From: a virus
Taxonomy: Duplodnaviria > Caudoviricetes
Length of the DNA: 64,000 nt
Virus record (IMG/VR): IMGVR_UViG_3300032038_000035
Location: 38,743 to 102,742 of that record
Direction: 5' to 3' (one strand)
The notes beneath the pieces are model-generated. The model searched no databases. It was not told the DNA's origin and saw only the letters and a program-made list of their open reading frames with translations. Each line of letters starts with the position of its first letter. Positions within the stretch are counted from its first letter, which is position 1. Below are positions 29,501 to 38,487 of this stretch, one piece after another. Both the position numbers and the translations under genes were made by a program.

Positions 29501-29914
29501 ATTATAAAAGGCGTATCTGATAAAGAGTATTTTACCAATAGTACTCACTGTCCTGTATATGCGCATATAACTCCATTCGAGAAACAAGATTCTGAGAAAC
29601 GATTCTGGGATTTGTCTAATGGTGGTCATATACAATACGTGAGATATAACGATGATAAAAACTTGGACGCATTTGATACTACGAATAGACGTGGTATGAA
29701 GATGGGCTTCTATCAAGGACACAATCTGGATAAATGCTATTGTGAAGATTGTGGATACGAACAGTTAGACATGAAGATCTGTCCTAAATGCGGATCAAAA
29801 AATATAACTGAAATAAATAGATTGTGTGGTTATCTTGGCTATAGCAAGATAAAAGGAGACACTAGAATGAACGATGCTAAATTAGCTGAGATTGCTGATA
29901 GAGTATCGATGTAA
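26600..29914 (+). CDS. nrdD: anaerobic (class III) ribonucleoside-triphosphate reductase with intein
   Basis: N-terminal ATP cone (VRKRNG); IYIHD; PMG/CR catalytic loop; YSTPAE; Zn site CEDC/CPKC; glycyl-radical RLCGYLG. Confidence 0.95.
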   Translation: MQDCKFSVKCTVRKRNGTQDSFDINKILSGINKSAQRSEPKFSKLSSAEQERFLAILEQLFFTYEIKDGDVLETSFIEKIVGTALGKFDTNIQKTYSEYNLWKSKYADSFCKIKSEVEEVYLRGDRSNANTNSAYVSTKRCIGYNIFNKEMYQMNFLTPQELRECRDGFIYIHDMVARNDTFNCMLFRMADVMTNGFEMGDMWYTEPKSLDVAFDVMLAITKTAAAQQYGGFTIPQIDKLLSKYAEKSYKSYLKEYIDFAPPDTPVTLAASLADIYAMHKVQRDMEQGFQAMEYDLNTIGSSRGDYPFVTITFGLDTSKFGKLVSSTALKVRANGEGKPGYKKIVAFPKLVFLYDEELHGEDRPSYDIYQDAVRCQAKAMYPDMLSLSGEGYVSSVYQKYKTPISPMGCHPPLEVLTYKLNKQLFVESIARLYGRIRECMVEKIQPGLDERYTYFDTSYMDLEIYDTLHGFVKMKKIIKNYNDNDWYQVVLDNGRYIQVTHDHPFETENRGVVHACDLIPGEDKIRVNYEGYSEETETCPDDLAWFLGLMLCDGCYQCGVVVSIAAEGEDEIQNMFLEVVDRYYKLPTRVKLQERGPKGTYKDLKILSDGSGALEKLKRDFADLFGGINKKDRQIPPEVFRWNRSAKLAFLGGMIDADGYVVRAGSYANTGYTHLGSTNRELAIQQLLLIQSLGMPAKVYANHYKKGSSKIRHSVEFYATNELGAYITCAKKYQAIPEEPGAFTDTNQVRTVAKVMKIDDPDEHYSYDVETESGHFEVSGIYSHNCRAFLSPWFERGGMTPADENDVPVFEGRANIGAISLNLPMIYQKSVEEHKDFYEVLDFYLEMIRNLHQRTYEYLGKMKAGCNPMVFCQGGAYGGHLKPDDVIAPIIKSWTASFGITALNELQVLYNGKTINEDGEFALEVLTYINKQVEKFKKLDGHLYAIYSTPAEALCGTQVKQFRKKYGIIKGVSDKEYFTNSTHCPVYAHITPFEKQDSEKRFWDLSNGGHIQYVRYNDDKNLDAFDTTNRRGMKMGFYQGHNLDKCYCEDCGYEQLDMKICPKCGSKNITEINRLCGYLGYSKIKGDTRMNDAKLAEIADRVSM
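27824..28954 (+). mobile_element. intein (377 aa) with LAGLIDADG homing endonuclease
   Basis: Starts at C after PMG; block B VTHDHPF; LGLMLCDG and FLGGMIDADG; ends YDVET...SHN followed by the extein Cys. Confidence 0.92.
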
Positions 29915-29958
29915 GAGCAAAAAAATTAGATGCCTATGAAAATCCATAGGCATCTAAT

Positions 29959-30396
29959 TCATTTATTCAAATTGTACATTTTAGCCAATACGCAGCATGC
30001 ACGTCTGCTGCCATCGGTGTTTTTGTTCCACCGCATTGGCATTCCTTTACCAATATATGGTAATAATACCTTTGCTCTATCATAAGGATTATGAAAGCTT
30101 ATCTGGTATCTTTTACCATTATATTTAAAGGTAAAGTATACCAGAATGGATGCATATCCATTCTGATCAGGTGTTTTGGTCACCCAGTACACGAAATCAG
30201 ATTTCGTGCTGTTTGCTAATCTTATTGCATCTGCGATAAGATTAGTTTTGATATCATATCGCATATGCTCTGGTGTCCGTTTGAAATGCGGTTTCATGCG
30301 TAAACTTAGATTTGTATAGCAATTATATTTTCCATAATCGCTCGCCAATTGAGCTTTTATGATTAACTCAGCTATTTTTTTATTAATGTCTTTCAT
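29959..30396 (-). CDS. basic hypothetical protein
   Basis: GAAAGGAG RBS; QISFH motif. Confidence 0.7.
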   Translation of the reverse strand: MKDINKKIAELIIKAQLASDYGKYNCYTNLSLRMKPHFKRTPEHMRYDIKTNLIADAIRLANSTKSDFVYWVTKTPDQNGYASILVYFTFKYNGKRYQISFHNPYDRAKVLLPYIGKGMPMRWNKNTDGSRRACCVLAKMYNLNK

Positions 30397-30430
30397 TAGT
30401 GGCTCCTTTCAAAAAATATTAGTTTGATTA

Positions 30431-30808
30431 TAAATACAGCTGTGCCGTATAAGCACAGTTGTATTTATTTTGGGCGGACCACGAATAATCTCCAGCATGA
30501 GATCATCTCCTTTACAGAAATCCACTTTTGATAAAGTCGTCACGAGTTTATCTCATACCAGATCAATACCCCTAGGGCAAGTATATCACTGATATTTTTT
30601 GTGAGATGCTCGGCGTATCCAATCGTTATTATCAAGCTTGTGGTTGCTTCCAGATCGTTGGATAACAATTGGAATGCAATATAGAACGATCGTCATATAT
30701 TGCCACGCTCTTTTATCCATGAGAGCTCATGCAGTAATATGATAACCAGTTTATTTGATCAGGATAAACTAATGATATCTAACTATGTTTTGTCATAGCG
30801 TTTATTAC
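30431..30808 (-). ncRNA. candidate structured early RNA or long leader (about 370 nt)
   Basis: Early promoter 30815-30847; series of hairpins; no long ORF; hairpin at 30431-30471. Confidence 0.45.
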
Positions 30809-30814
30809 CATTAT

Positions 30815-30847
30815 TAGAATATATAAATTAGAGTATATCGAATACGG
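30815..30847 (-). promoter_or_regulatory. putative early promoter
   Basis: CCGTA-N19-TATATTCTA. Confidence 0.75.
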
Positions 30848-30922
30848 ACTATGTTTTCAGAGGCTCTTAGAAAATTAACAAAAAAATAAAGGCATCTTTA
30901 TGATGCCTTTATTTTTCTTTTG

Positions 30923-31093
30923 TCATTTTTCCACCTCCTTATCTGCATCATTGCCTAATGATGCAAACTTATATTCATACTCATCCTCGATGAGTCTGCG
31001 CGAGAGCTGAAAGTCCTCTACACAAGCTGCGTTCTCGCGAGCCTCTCTTATTGCCTTGTATAAATCCTGAGCGAGCTTTTCCTTAAGAGTCAT
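30923..31093 (-). CDS. early 56-aa protein MTLKEKLAQDLYKAIRE... (not in ORF track)
   Basis: AAGGAGGT RBS; own early promoter; terminator about 30880-30916. Confidence 0.7.
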   Translation of the reverse strand: MTLKEKLAQDLYKAIREARENAACVEDFQLSRRLIEDEYEYKFASLGNDADKEVEK

Positions 31094-31152
31094 AAGATTA
31101 CCTCCTTGAATTTGCCCCGATGCTGGGGCATTGTTTCCTTTATTATTACCTA

Positions 31153-31185
31153 TAGAATATATAACAAAAAATACGGAATATACGG
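31153..31185 (-). promoter_or_regulatory. putative early promoter
   Basis: CCGTA-N19-TATATTCTA. Confidence 0.75.
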
Positions 31186-31225
31186 ATAAAAAAATAGGGT
31201 ACCTGACGGTACCCTATTTCATCAT

Positions 31226-31639
31226 TTAGTTTTTCCACTCATTGGGAAACCAATTAATACCGGCAGCGGTTGATACGTTATTAAATGTATCAAATAGTGC
31301 CATATTTTTTAGATGCTTTACATCTTCCATTAAGTATCTCATAATATGATGGTCATGCATCACGATCCAGAATTCTTTCATCATATCGATTGCATCATCG
31401 ACATATTTCCATTTAGCATATGGCGTATTATTGATAATATACTCAGCGCCATTTTCGATTTGTGAAAGTTTTACTGCATAAAGTCTTGTTGCTAGTTTTG
31501 CGAATTCTTCTGTATGAATATAATCATTATACAGATCTTGTGCACATAGCGCCTCAACCTTGGCTACAACATCTTCACCAAGGTCGATGTTCTTTTTCTT
31601 AAGTGTTTCCATGCTCTCAATTCTTTCATTGTTTTCCAT
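31226..31639 (-). CDS. hypothetical protein
   Basis: AGGAGGT RBS. Confidence 0.7.
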   Translation of the reverse strand: MENNERIESMETLKKKNIDLGEDVVAKVEALCAQDLYNDYIHTEEFAKLATRLYAVKLSQIENGAEYIINNTPYAKWKYVDDAIDMMKEFWIVMHDHHIMRYLMEDVKHLKNMALFDTFNNVSTAAGINWFPNEWKN

Positions 31640-31728
31640 GGTTGGTACCTCCTATATAAAGACAAATATACTAGACAATAGATTTTATTGTCTAGTATAT
31701 AATATTCAAATGAAATATAATATGGTTA

Positions 31729-31989
31729 TCATCCATATACTGCATTGATACCCCACTGATACTTATTTTCACCATCTTTTTCTACCCAGAAGAATAATCT
31801 TTCTTCTGGAGCATCGAACCTTACATGCTTGCATGGAATTCCACGCATATCCATGTGTCTGGTTATTGCAGGCACATCTTCAGAAGTTCCTATTGTCTGC
31901 AGGCGGCATTCGATTTCGCCGCCAAGTCCATATGGGTTTCTCATTTTCTTAAGCTTGCGAATCATTTTGTCGATAAATCTTTTATCCAT
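31729..31989 (-). CDS. hypothetical protein
   Basis: GAGGT RBS before MDKRF. Confidence 0.6.
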   Translation of the reverse strand: MDKRFIDKMIRKLKKMRNPYGLGGEIECRLQTIGTSEDVPAITRHMDMRGIPCKHVRFDAPEERLFFWVEKDGENKYQWGINAVYG

Positions 31990-31993
31990 ATTC

Positions 31994-32239
31994 TTACCTC
32001 TCATTTATCTTGCTGAAGTAACCAAAAATTACTTCATTCATATGATTAACATGCGCTATAGCCAGAGCGTCAAGATGATCTTCTGAATAGCCCATGATTT
32101 TGTCATGGGCTATAGCTTCGTGCATTTTTACTGCTAGTGTATCTAGCAGGCAATACAGATAGCCATATTTATTAATTAAATCGGCATTCTGTTTAGTCAG
32201 TTTGTCTAGCTCTTTTTCAAATGATTTGTTATCGTCCAT
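31994..32239 (-). CDS. hypothetical protein
   Basis: GGAGGTATAAT RBS before MDDNK. Confidence 0.65.
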   Translation of the reverse strand: MDDNKSFEKELDKLTKQNADLINKYGYLYCLLDTLAVKMHEAIAHDKIMGYSEDHLDALAIAHVNHMNEVIFGYFSKINER

Positions 32240-32240
32240 A

Positions 32241-32705
32241 TTATACCTCCAGTAATTCAAAATCGTGCAATGCTTTATCATAATACAGCTTGTTATATGC
32301 GCATATTAACTGCTGTATACAACCATGCATACAATTCATATACAATATAAGATCGATTGGTGCTACGAGTTTATCCGATATAAGCTCACAGAATGCAGAA
32401 AAGCAATCTGTGATCGGTGGTGGGTAATCGGAATTCATTACGCACTTACCCAATTGCGCTGATATCATCATAATATTCCTACAAAGCCTTTTGAGAATAT
32501 TATAGTAGATACGCATAAAATCGTCGGTGTATCTATTAACGTGTGATTTACGTTTAGATATATCATCGTTTATTATACTTGCACATGCATTACACTTAAT
32601 GCAAATGGTATCAAGTACAATATTTTCGTCATGAGAATTGTATGCGTTTATGTCTTTAAGTATGTCGGTTAATGTATTGAGAATAACTGTTATACTTGGA
32701 TCCAT
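32241..32705 (-). CDS. helical hypothetical protein
   Basis: AGGAGG RBS. Confidence 0.65.
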   Translation of the reverse strand: MDPSITVILNTLTDILKDINAYNSHDENIVLDTICIKCNACASIINDDISKRKSHVNRYTDDFMRIYYNILKRLCRNIMMISAQLGKCVMNSDYPPPITDCFSAFCELISDKLVAPIDLILYMNCMHGCIQQLICAYNKLYYDKALHDFELLEV

Positions 32706-32724
32706 AATATTATCCTCCTATATT

Positions 32725-33009
32725 TTACATTGCACCTACAGTATCGTACACGTCTATCACTTCACTTACAGTATTCATTACCTCCTTGGAGAGCTCAGTT
32801 ATTTCGGGATTCTGATCCTTACATGTTGCGCATCTCTTTAGCAGCTCTCCATTTATCTTAACGACCTTCTCAAGAAATGCAACATTCACCTCTGCTATTT
32901 CGAGGTCACTACAACCTCTACGTTTCATATCCGCGATTTTTGCATCATTTTCTCGATCGAGTGCCATTACTTTCAATCCTACACTAGCACAGTATTCGTT
33001 ATTACACAT
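32725..33009 (-). CDS. hypothetical protein
   Basis: AGGAGGTATAAT RBS before MCNNE. Confidence 0.65.
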   Translation of the reverse strand: MCNNEYCASVGLKVMALDRENDAKIADMKRRGCSDLEIAEVNVAFLEKVVKINGELLKRCATCKDQNPEITELSKEVMNTVSEVIDVYDTVGAM

Positions 33010-33069
33010 ATTATACCTCCTATATTTCACATGGCACATACATTATCGCATGCTTCAATGAATATTGTA

Positions 33070-33713
33070 TCATACCACCTTTTCGCTAATAATCTTTTTT
33101 ACTTCATCGATGAATTCTGATTCACCAATGAATGGCCGATTTTCATCTAGTTTAACTAAATATAGATCCTTTGGATCACATCTTTCAATTAGTGTCGAGT
33201 TGAATACAGATTGCAATACGGATTTGAATAAATAATCACGCACATTCGCATCGGTGCTTCCACAGATGAATTTGATATCACCTGTTTTTTATCGCATTGT
33301 GCATATACCATTATGATAGCATTAAAGGTCATACCATCATCGTGCACGATATATACAACATGACGTGCATATATATAATCACGATTATCTCTGCGTCTGG
33401 GATAGGTCGACGAATTATGGTGAAAGCTGTTCCAGTCATCGGTTGGCTTTGTGATCCATATAGTCGGTGATGATTTTTTTGGGTTTTCATATACAGTGCA
33501 ATCATGGAATTCATCAGTTGCATGAATAAAACCGAAATCACTAATACATTTATACAATGTATTGTGAAGATATTCTGATATTGACATACAAAAACTGTGT
33601 CTCTTTGCACGGATTTCTTCATCCAGTGCATTATACTGTGCTGTTAAATTGGCCCAATTGATTTCAAGCGAATTTAATTCCTGTGCAATTGCATTTAAAT
33701 CTTTTATAAACAT
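33070..33713 (-). CDS. hypothetical protein, apparently split by a frameshift in an A6 run (33285-33290)
   Basis: 0-frame stop at 33189; -1 frame open from the A run to 33070 with protein-like composition. Confidence 0.5.
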
Positions 33714-33774
33714 ATTATATCTCCTTGGTAAAGAATGCACTAGACAATTAAGTCTAGTGCATTAAATGTGGGAC

Positions 33775-34572
33775 TTATATATTCCTGAATTCTTTGTGGC
33801 CGAAAGTTGGCCGCTTGTATCTTGGTCCATTCTTATTGAGGACAAGATTTGCGTGACTACTTACGATATATGGCGAATGCGTTACAACGATTGCTCTCAT
33901 ATCGTATTTATCACACATTTCTATGAGATCATCTAAGAATGTTTCCTGTATACATATATGCATGAATGTTTCTGGAGTGTCTATTAAGAGAAGTCTGTTT
34001 TCGTCATAACCAAATAAGATTTGATACCATAATTGTACCAGCCATTTATGACCAGCAGATAATTTACTAAATGATTGATCACACATATTCGTATGGAAAT
34101 CTCCAATAGTGTAATGGAATAAATTGTGATCGATATTAGTCGAACAATGAAGCATTCCACTACTGTCAAGTCTACCATTTAGCACATTCATATAATCCAT
34201 ATATCTTTCAGGATATCTAGATATATTTTTGTCAAGCACATCAGATAATGGAAATATATCATCTGCTTCTGGACTTATGAATACTGGGCTTATTGGTGAT
34301 ATTGGCAACGGCTTCTTCTGACGATTTGGGCGTTTGCAAATGTTCATATCGGTCTTATCAGATAACACGATATTGAATCTCTTAACTGGATAATCTGTAT
34401 TATAATTATTATGACAAAAATTATCGATCGTTTCGAGTATCTTTGTTTTGCCAGCACCGTTTGGTCCGGTCAGAAGACTAACCCGATGGTCTTCTGGAAT
34501 ATGAATATTAAAGTCATACAAGCCAAACATTTCACGGATATGGATCGACTTAATGAAAACATTGCCACTCAT
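33775..34572 (-). CDS. ABC-type ATPase (AAA_15/AAA_21-like) with altered Walker B
   Basis: GPNGAGKT; LSAGHK signature; LLLIDTPE; THSP. Confidence 0.8.
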   Translation of the reverse strand: MSGNVFIKSIHIREMFGLYDFNIHIPEDHRVSLLTGPNGAGKTKILETIDNFCHNNYNTDYPVKRFNIVLSDKTDMNICKRPNRQKKPLPISPISPVFISPEADDIFPLSDVLDKNISRYPERYMDYMNVLNGRLDSSGMLHCSTNIDHNLFHYTIGDFHTNMCDQSFSKLSAGHKWLVQLWYQILFGYDENRLLLIDTPETFMHICIQETFLDDLIEMCDKYDMRAIVVTHSPYIVSSHANLVLNKNGPRYKRPTFGHKEFRNI

Positions 34573-34627
34573 ATAAATTTCTCCTTAAAAAGAAATCGCG
34601 TTAGGTTGAGCCTAACGCGATTATTTG

Positions 34628-35959
34628 TTAATCGACAACCAATTCATATCTAACCTTGGTATTTGGATTGGTCATCTTCCTGAACGTGTCGGCGTATTTG
34701 CTATTCCATTCGTCATCTATCTTATTATCCAGTATAGGCTGGATAATTTCCGATAATTCCGTGTCGTCAAGATATGCCAGATAAACATATCGTCTATCTA
34801 GCTTTTTGTTCATGAATTCGATGTCTGATGATAATGATTGGATTGATAGTGCAAATACTTCGTCATAAACTTCAGCATATGAACTACTAGTATCATAGTG
34901 GTATCCACCGACATACAGTGTGCATTCTGTATATCTAGCGTACAGTTTGATTTTGTCGAGTATGCACTTCCATGCATATTCGGCATCTGACGCGTCTTCC
35001 ATGTCGAATGGATTATATTCTGTGTGCTGAATGCGCGCAGAATATAATTTTGTCAGCATATCAATTGCATCGTCGATTGACATGTCATAAACGATGTTTC
35101 TTGTTCTGCACTCTTTAGTCATTATGTCATTTATAACGTCGGGCATTTCGCATTTATCCATAAGCCAACCTGATACATCGCAGTCCAGATCGTCTTCAGC
35201 CACGTCATCCAATGTATCTCGGTAGAATATTCCGTCGCGATCAACCATGAGAGAAGCCTGCCCATTTGTCTTGTGATAATATCCGTCTAAATAATCTCCT
35301 TCCATAGGTGCCATTCTACATATGGATTTCATTGCGGTCTTTTTTACTAAGCTATCTATTAAGCTTGCAAATACGCTGAAAACTTTATCCGTTATATGTA
35401 TATGAAAATTCTCGACAAGTGCATATGTTAATGATGTATCTTTAATAGCGCTAATAAAAGCTATGAACTCGTCATAGCCCATATTAAAGATTTTATCATA
35501 TGCGTCAACGATTGCGTCACATATGTCATAGAACTCGTCATAGTCTTCATCGGCTGCCGAAATCGTTGCATCGTGAGAGATAGTGCACCTGATAACATCG
35601 GCAAAATCATCCGTTTTTAACAGATTTGTGTTGTCGGCGTATGATGGCGTAGCAATTTTCATTAGGATTTCGTGCCGCGTTTCCGAGATGCTGTAATCCA
35701 TTTCGAATCGGTATGTAATGCCGTAGCAATTTTTGCCCTCGGCATACAGCGTGTGCGTGTGTATATGGAATGATTTCGATATATCGAAATCATCCTTTTC
35801 CGATTCATCAAATTCATGAATGTAAAATTCATTGCGAGTATCAGACAGAAGTAAATGAACTTTGCGCTTATGACTTAAAGGTATAGTATCCATTGTCTTT
35901 ATATCAACCAGCTCGGTTGAATCTATGTTAAAATCCTTATCGTATAATCTTTCTCTCAT
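34628..35959 (-). CDS. acidic hypothetical protein
   Basis: 443 aa, GGAGG RBS. Confidence 0.75.
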   Translation of the reverse strand: MRERLYDKDFNIDSTELVDIKTMDTIPLSHKRKVHLLLSDTRNEFYIHEFDESEKDDFDISKSFHIHTHTLYAEGKNCYGITYRFEMDYSISETRHEILMKIATPSYADNTNLLKTDDFADVIRCTISHDATISAADEDYDEFYDICDAIVDAYDKIFNMGYDEFIAFISAIKDTSLTYALVENFHIHITDKVFSVFASLIDSLVKKTAMKSICRMAPMEGDYLDGYYHKTNGQASLMVDRDGIFYRDTLDDVAEDDLDCDVSGWLMDKCEMPDVINDIMTKECRTRNIVYDMSIDDAIDMLTKLYSARIQHTEYNPFDMEDASDAEYAWKCILDKIKLYARYTECTLYVGGYHYDTSSSYAEVYDEVFALSIQSLSSDIEFMNKKLDRRYVYLAYLDDTELSEIIQPILDNKIDDEWNSKYADTFRKMTNPNTKVRYELVVD

Positions 35960-35962
35960 AAT

Positions 35963-36355
35963 TTATTCCTCCACTTTCCAGTTTATTATTTCGGTTTTTA
36001 TTTTCTCTACTGTGTCATCGAATGTGCGCTTTGCTTCAATATACGGTTCAATTGCACATTCGATTTCGTCAAGTGCGTTATTTATGTCGTTGAACATTGA
36101 TTGCACGTCGTCTGAGCGTCCTGAAATTTTGTAACCATTGAAAATCTCTAGACGTTTACCAGTTTCGATGATTATGTTATATTCTGCTAACGTTTTAAAT
36201 ACAGCAATTGGACCCATTGTTATTTTAATGGTATAGTATACGTCATTGTCTCCGCTTTGTATTAATGGCCTTTTAAATGTTTCGGAATACGATAGTACGC
36301 TGTTTATTGGACAGTGTAACTTAGTTATATAATTTACTTTTTCTTTTGGTTTCAT
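35963..36355 (-). CDS. hypothetical protein
   Basis: GAGGAGG RBS before MKPKE. Confidence 0.65.
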   Translation of the reverse strand: MKPKEKVNYITKLHCPINSVLSYSETFKRPLIQSGDNDVYYTIKITMGPIAVFKTLAEYNIIIETGKRLEIFNGYKISGRSDDVQSMFNDINNALDEIECAIEPYIEAKRTFDDTVEKIKTEIINWKVEE

Positions 36356-36438
36356 ATGAATCCTCCTCATTCGGAAAATAAAAATTGAATGGATTATATA
36401 TGGCAGTGACACCCGTTAAAGTGCCACTGCCATATATT

Positions 36439-36960
36439 TTAATCAACTCTTACAGCCTCATCGCTGAGCTGTGTGAGGAAACTCATGCAAAGAGCAACGA
36501 ATGTATCTACCTTTGCAAGCTCTTTGCTTGTGAGGTGATCGCAGCCGCCCTTGTATATTGCTAGCTCTGCAAGACTGCAGAGTACTCTGTCGTCCTCTGC
36601 ATCTGCATATTTTTTGAGGTTCATCACGGGTGTTGAACCAAAGTCACCTTCGCCCTTGAAATTTCCAGAAACCTGAAATCTATAGGCTCTGAAAGGCGAC
36701 AGATAGCCTATAGTTTCTTTCCCTCTTATAACGGCAGGTACTGCCATTACAGGCATGCCTGTTTCGTCGAAGGCAATATCCCATGCCTTCATTTCATCAT
36801 GAAGAGGCGCATCCGTCTCTTCATTTCTATTCTTGACGATGTCCAGAATGTCTTCGGCAATTGCTGCCATGTGTGGATAAATTCTTGCGTTCTTTTTTAC
36901 ATCGTCAACGAGTACGATGTAATAACCATTTTTTACTACAACTTTAGAATTGATATTCAT
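36439..36960 (-). CDS. early protein, YLSPFRxYRFQ family
   Basis: AGGAGGT RBS; variant early promoter about 37003-37038. Confidence 0.75.
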   Translation of the reverse strand: MNINSKVVVKNGYYIVLVDDVKKNARIYPHMAAIAEDILDIVKNRNEETDAPLHDEMKAWDIAFDETGMPVMAVPAVIRGKETIGYLSPFRAYRFQVSGNFKGEGDFGSTPVMNLKKYADAEDDRVLCSLAELAIYKGGCDHLTSKELAKVDTFVALCMSFLTQLSDEAVRVD

Positions 36961-37134
36961 ACTTGTACCTCCTGTATGAAAAAGGGTTTATTATCTCGTA
37001 TATATAATATATAATCAAAAAGTATGTCTATTGTACGGAATTTGTGGATATTTTTATGAGCCCTGGGATGGTTTTTATTTATATCGACCAAAATAATTAT
37101 ATAACCAAGTTTATTAATTTAAGGAGGGCACAGA

Positions 37135-37308
37135 ATGAAAGAAATAATTCGTGAAGGCCATATGGCTGATGATATCCGTATTTTTAGATGTCGTTTTTGC
37201 AAAACGATCTTTAAAACGGATGAATACGAGGCAAAACCCGATTATCGTGGTGGTACAATTCCCGTAGCTATATGCCCTATGTGCAATAAAAACGCCTATG
37301 AAAAATAA
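37135..37308 (+). CDS. 57-aa Zn-ribbon protein (not in ORF track)
   Basis: AAGGAGG RBS; CRFC...CPMC. Confidence 0.7.
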   Translation: MKEIIREGHMADDIRIFRCRFCKTIFKTDEYEAKPDYRGGTIPVAICPMCNKNAYEK

Positions 37309-37459
37309 AAGATATTTTGTATATATGCTACTGCTTTTATGCGGATGCGCAGGAGCACAAGCAGAGAATAATGACATAGCCTTTTTCAGGCTTTTGTTTT
37401 TAATGGTTTTGTGGTCAATTTGGTTTTTATACTTATATATCAAGGATGATGCGGAATGA
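37298..37459 (+). CDS. small membrane protein (not in ORF track)
   Basis: Overlaps both neighbours; two hydrophobic stretches. Confidence 0.45.
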   Translation: MKNKRYFVYMLLLLCGCAGAQAENNDIAFFRLLFLMVLWSIWFLYLYIKDDAE

Positions 37460-37680
37460 ACAATCATACAGGCTGTCGTTGTATCTCGGATGAAGAAGTC
37501 CATGAGATATTCAAAGAAATGGAAGATGAAGCAAAAATACAGAATCTTGAACAGAAATTGGCAGACATGACTAAGAACCGCGACTGGTGGAAAGCACAGT
37601 GCAAAGAGCTTTATGAAGACTTTAAACCACTTGCAGAAAAATTTGAAAGACTATTTCCAACGCAAGGAATACAATTATGA
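37456..37680 (+). CDS. coiled-coil hypothetical protein
   Basis: ATGA overlap with the upstream ORF. Confidence 0.6.
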   Translation: MNNHTGCRCISDEEVHEIFKEMEDEAKIQNLEQKLADMTKNRDWWKAQCKELYEDFKPLAEKFERLFPTQGIQL

Positions 37681-37710
37681 TATTGGCGTATAGTTTTAGG
37701 AGACAACCAA

Positions 37711-38487
37711 ATGAGCATAAAAATAGATTTTAGAGACGATATATCGGTCAATCTTATTGGATTAAAAGATAAAGACTTCGAATACATCAATGACTATTGC
37801 AAAAAGCATAGTTACGTTGGATATGGAATGACTTTAGAAAATTTTGTTATGAATGCTCTTGGGTATTATCTGAAAAAGTTAAGAGCGGAAGATGACAAAG
37901 ATACTATGATCGTTGATAAAACCAACACTAAGGAGAGCTTTAATATGGAAAGCAAAACGATTGAGTTTGACGTTGGCTTAAGAAAGGTTAAGTTTAATGT
38001 AATTAAGCTTAAAGATTGTAAGTATTTTATAGAAGACGTTACGTATACTAATCCAATTGAATATACTGTAAATTTAATGTTATATCCAGAGGATTCTCTG
38101 AATGTTGATTGCGCAATTATAATAGTTGATCCTGCATCTTTTTTAACTCCTATAGAGGTTGAAGAAGATGAATTGGTTAACGATAAATCGATAAAATTGT
38201 ACTATGAATTTGATGGTGATTCAGATTATAATACAGCTTTCGAAGCCAAGTATGTTGATCGTATGCGTTCAATTTTAAGCTCAACTACTTCGGATATAAT
38301 GGATCGTAATTATATTCCTCAATTCCATGCTAATTGCATACAGGATGAAGAAAATGCAGTATCACATACGAAAGCGGAAATTGGTGCATTAATCGATGAT
38401 TGTGTATGTAGACGTCATAGTATGCCAAATCTGCTTTGGTATCTGATTAAACTACGTAAAGAAGAAAGAGATGAATTATATCAATGA
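37711..38487 (+). CDS. hypothetical protein
   Basis: AGGAG RBS, 258 aa. Confidence 0.65.
   Translation: MSIKIDFRDDISVNLIGLKDKDFEYINDYCKKHSYVGYGMTLENFVMNALGYYLKKLRAEDDKDTMIVDKTNTKESFNMESKTIEFDVGLRKVKFNVIKLKDCKYFIEDVTYTNPIEYTVNLMLYPEDSLNVDCAIIIVDPASFLTPIEVEEDELVNDKSIKLYYEFDGDSDYNTAFEAKYVDRMRSILSSTTSDIMDRNYIPQFHANCIQDEENAVSHTKAEIGALIDDCVCRRHSMPNLLWYLIKLRKEERDELYQ

Noticed and set aside
30480-30800. CsrA/RsmA sponge RNA
   Set aside because: Only a handful of GGA motifs, one in a clear loop; not obviously above chance.
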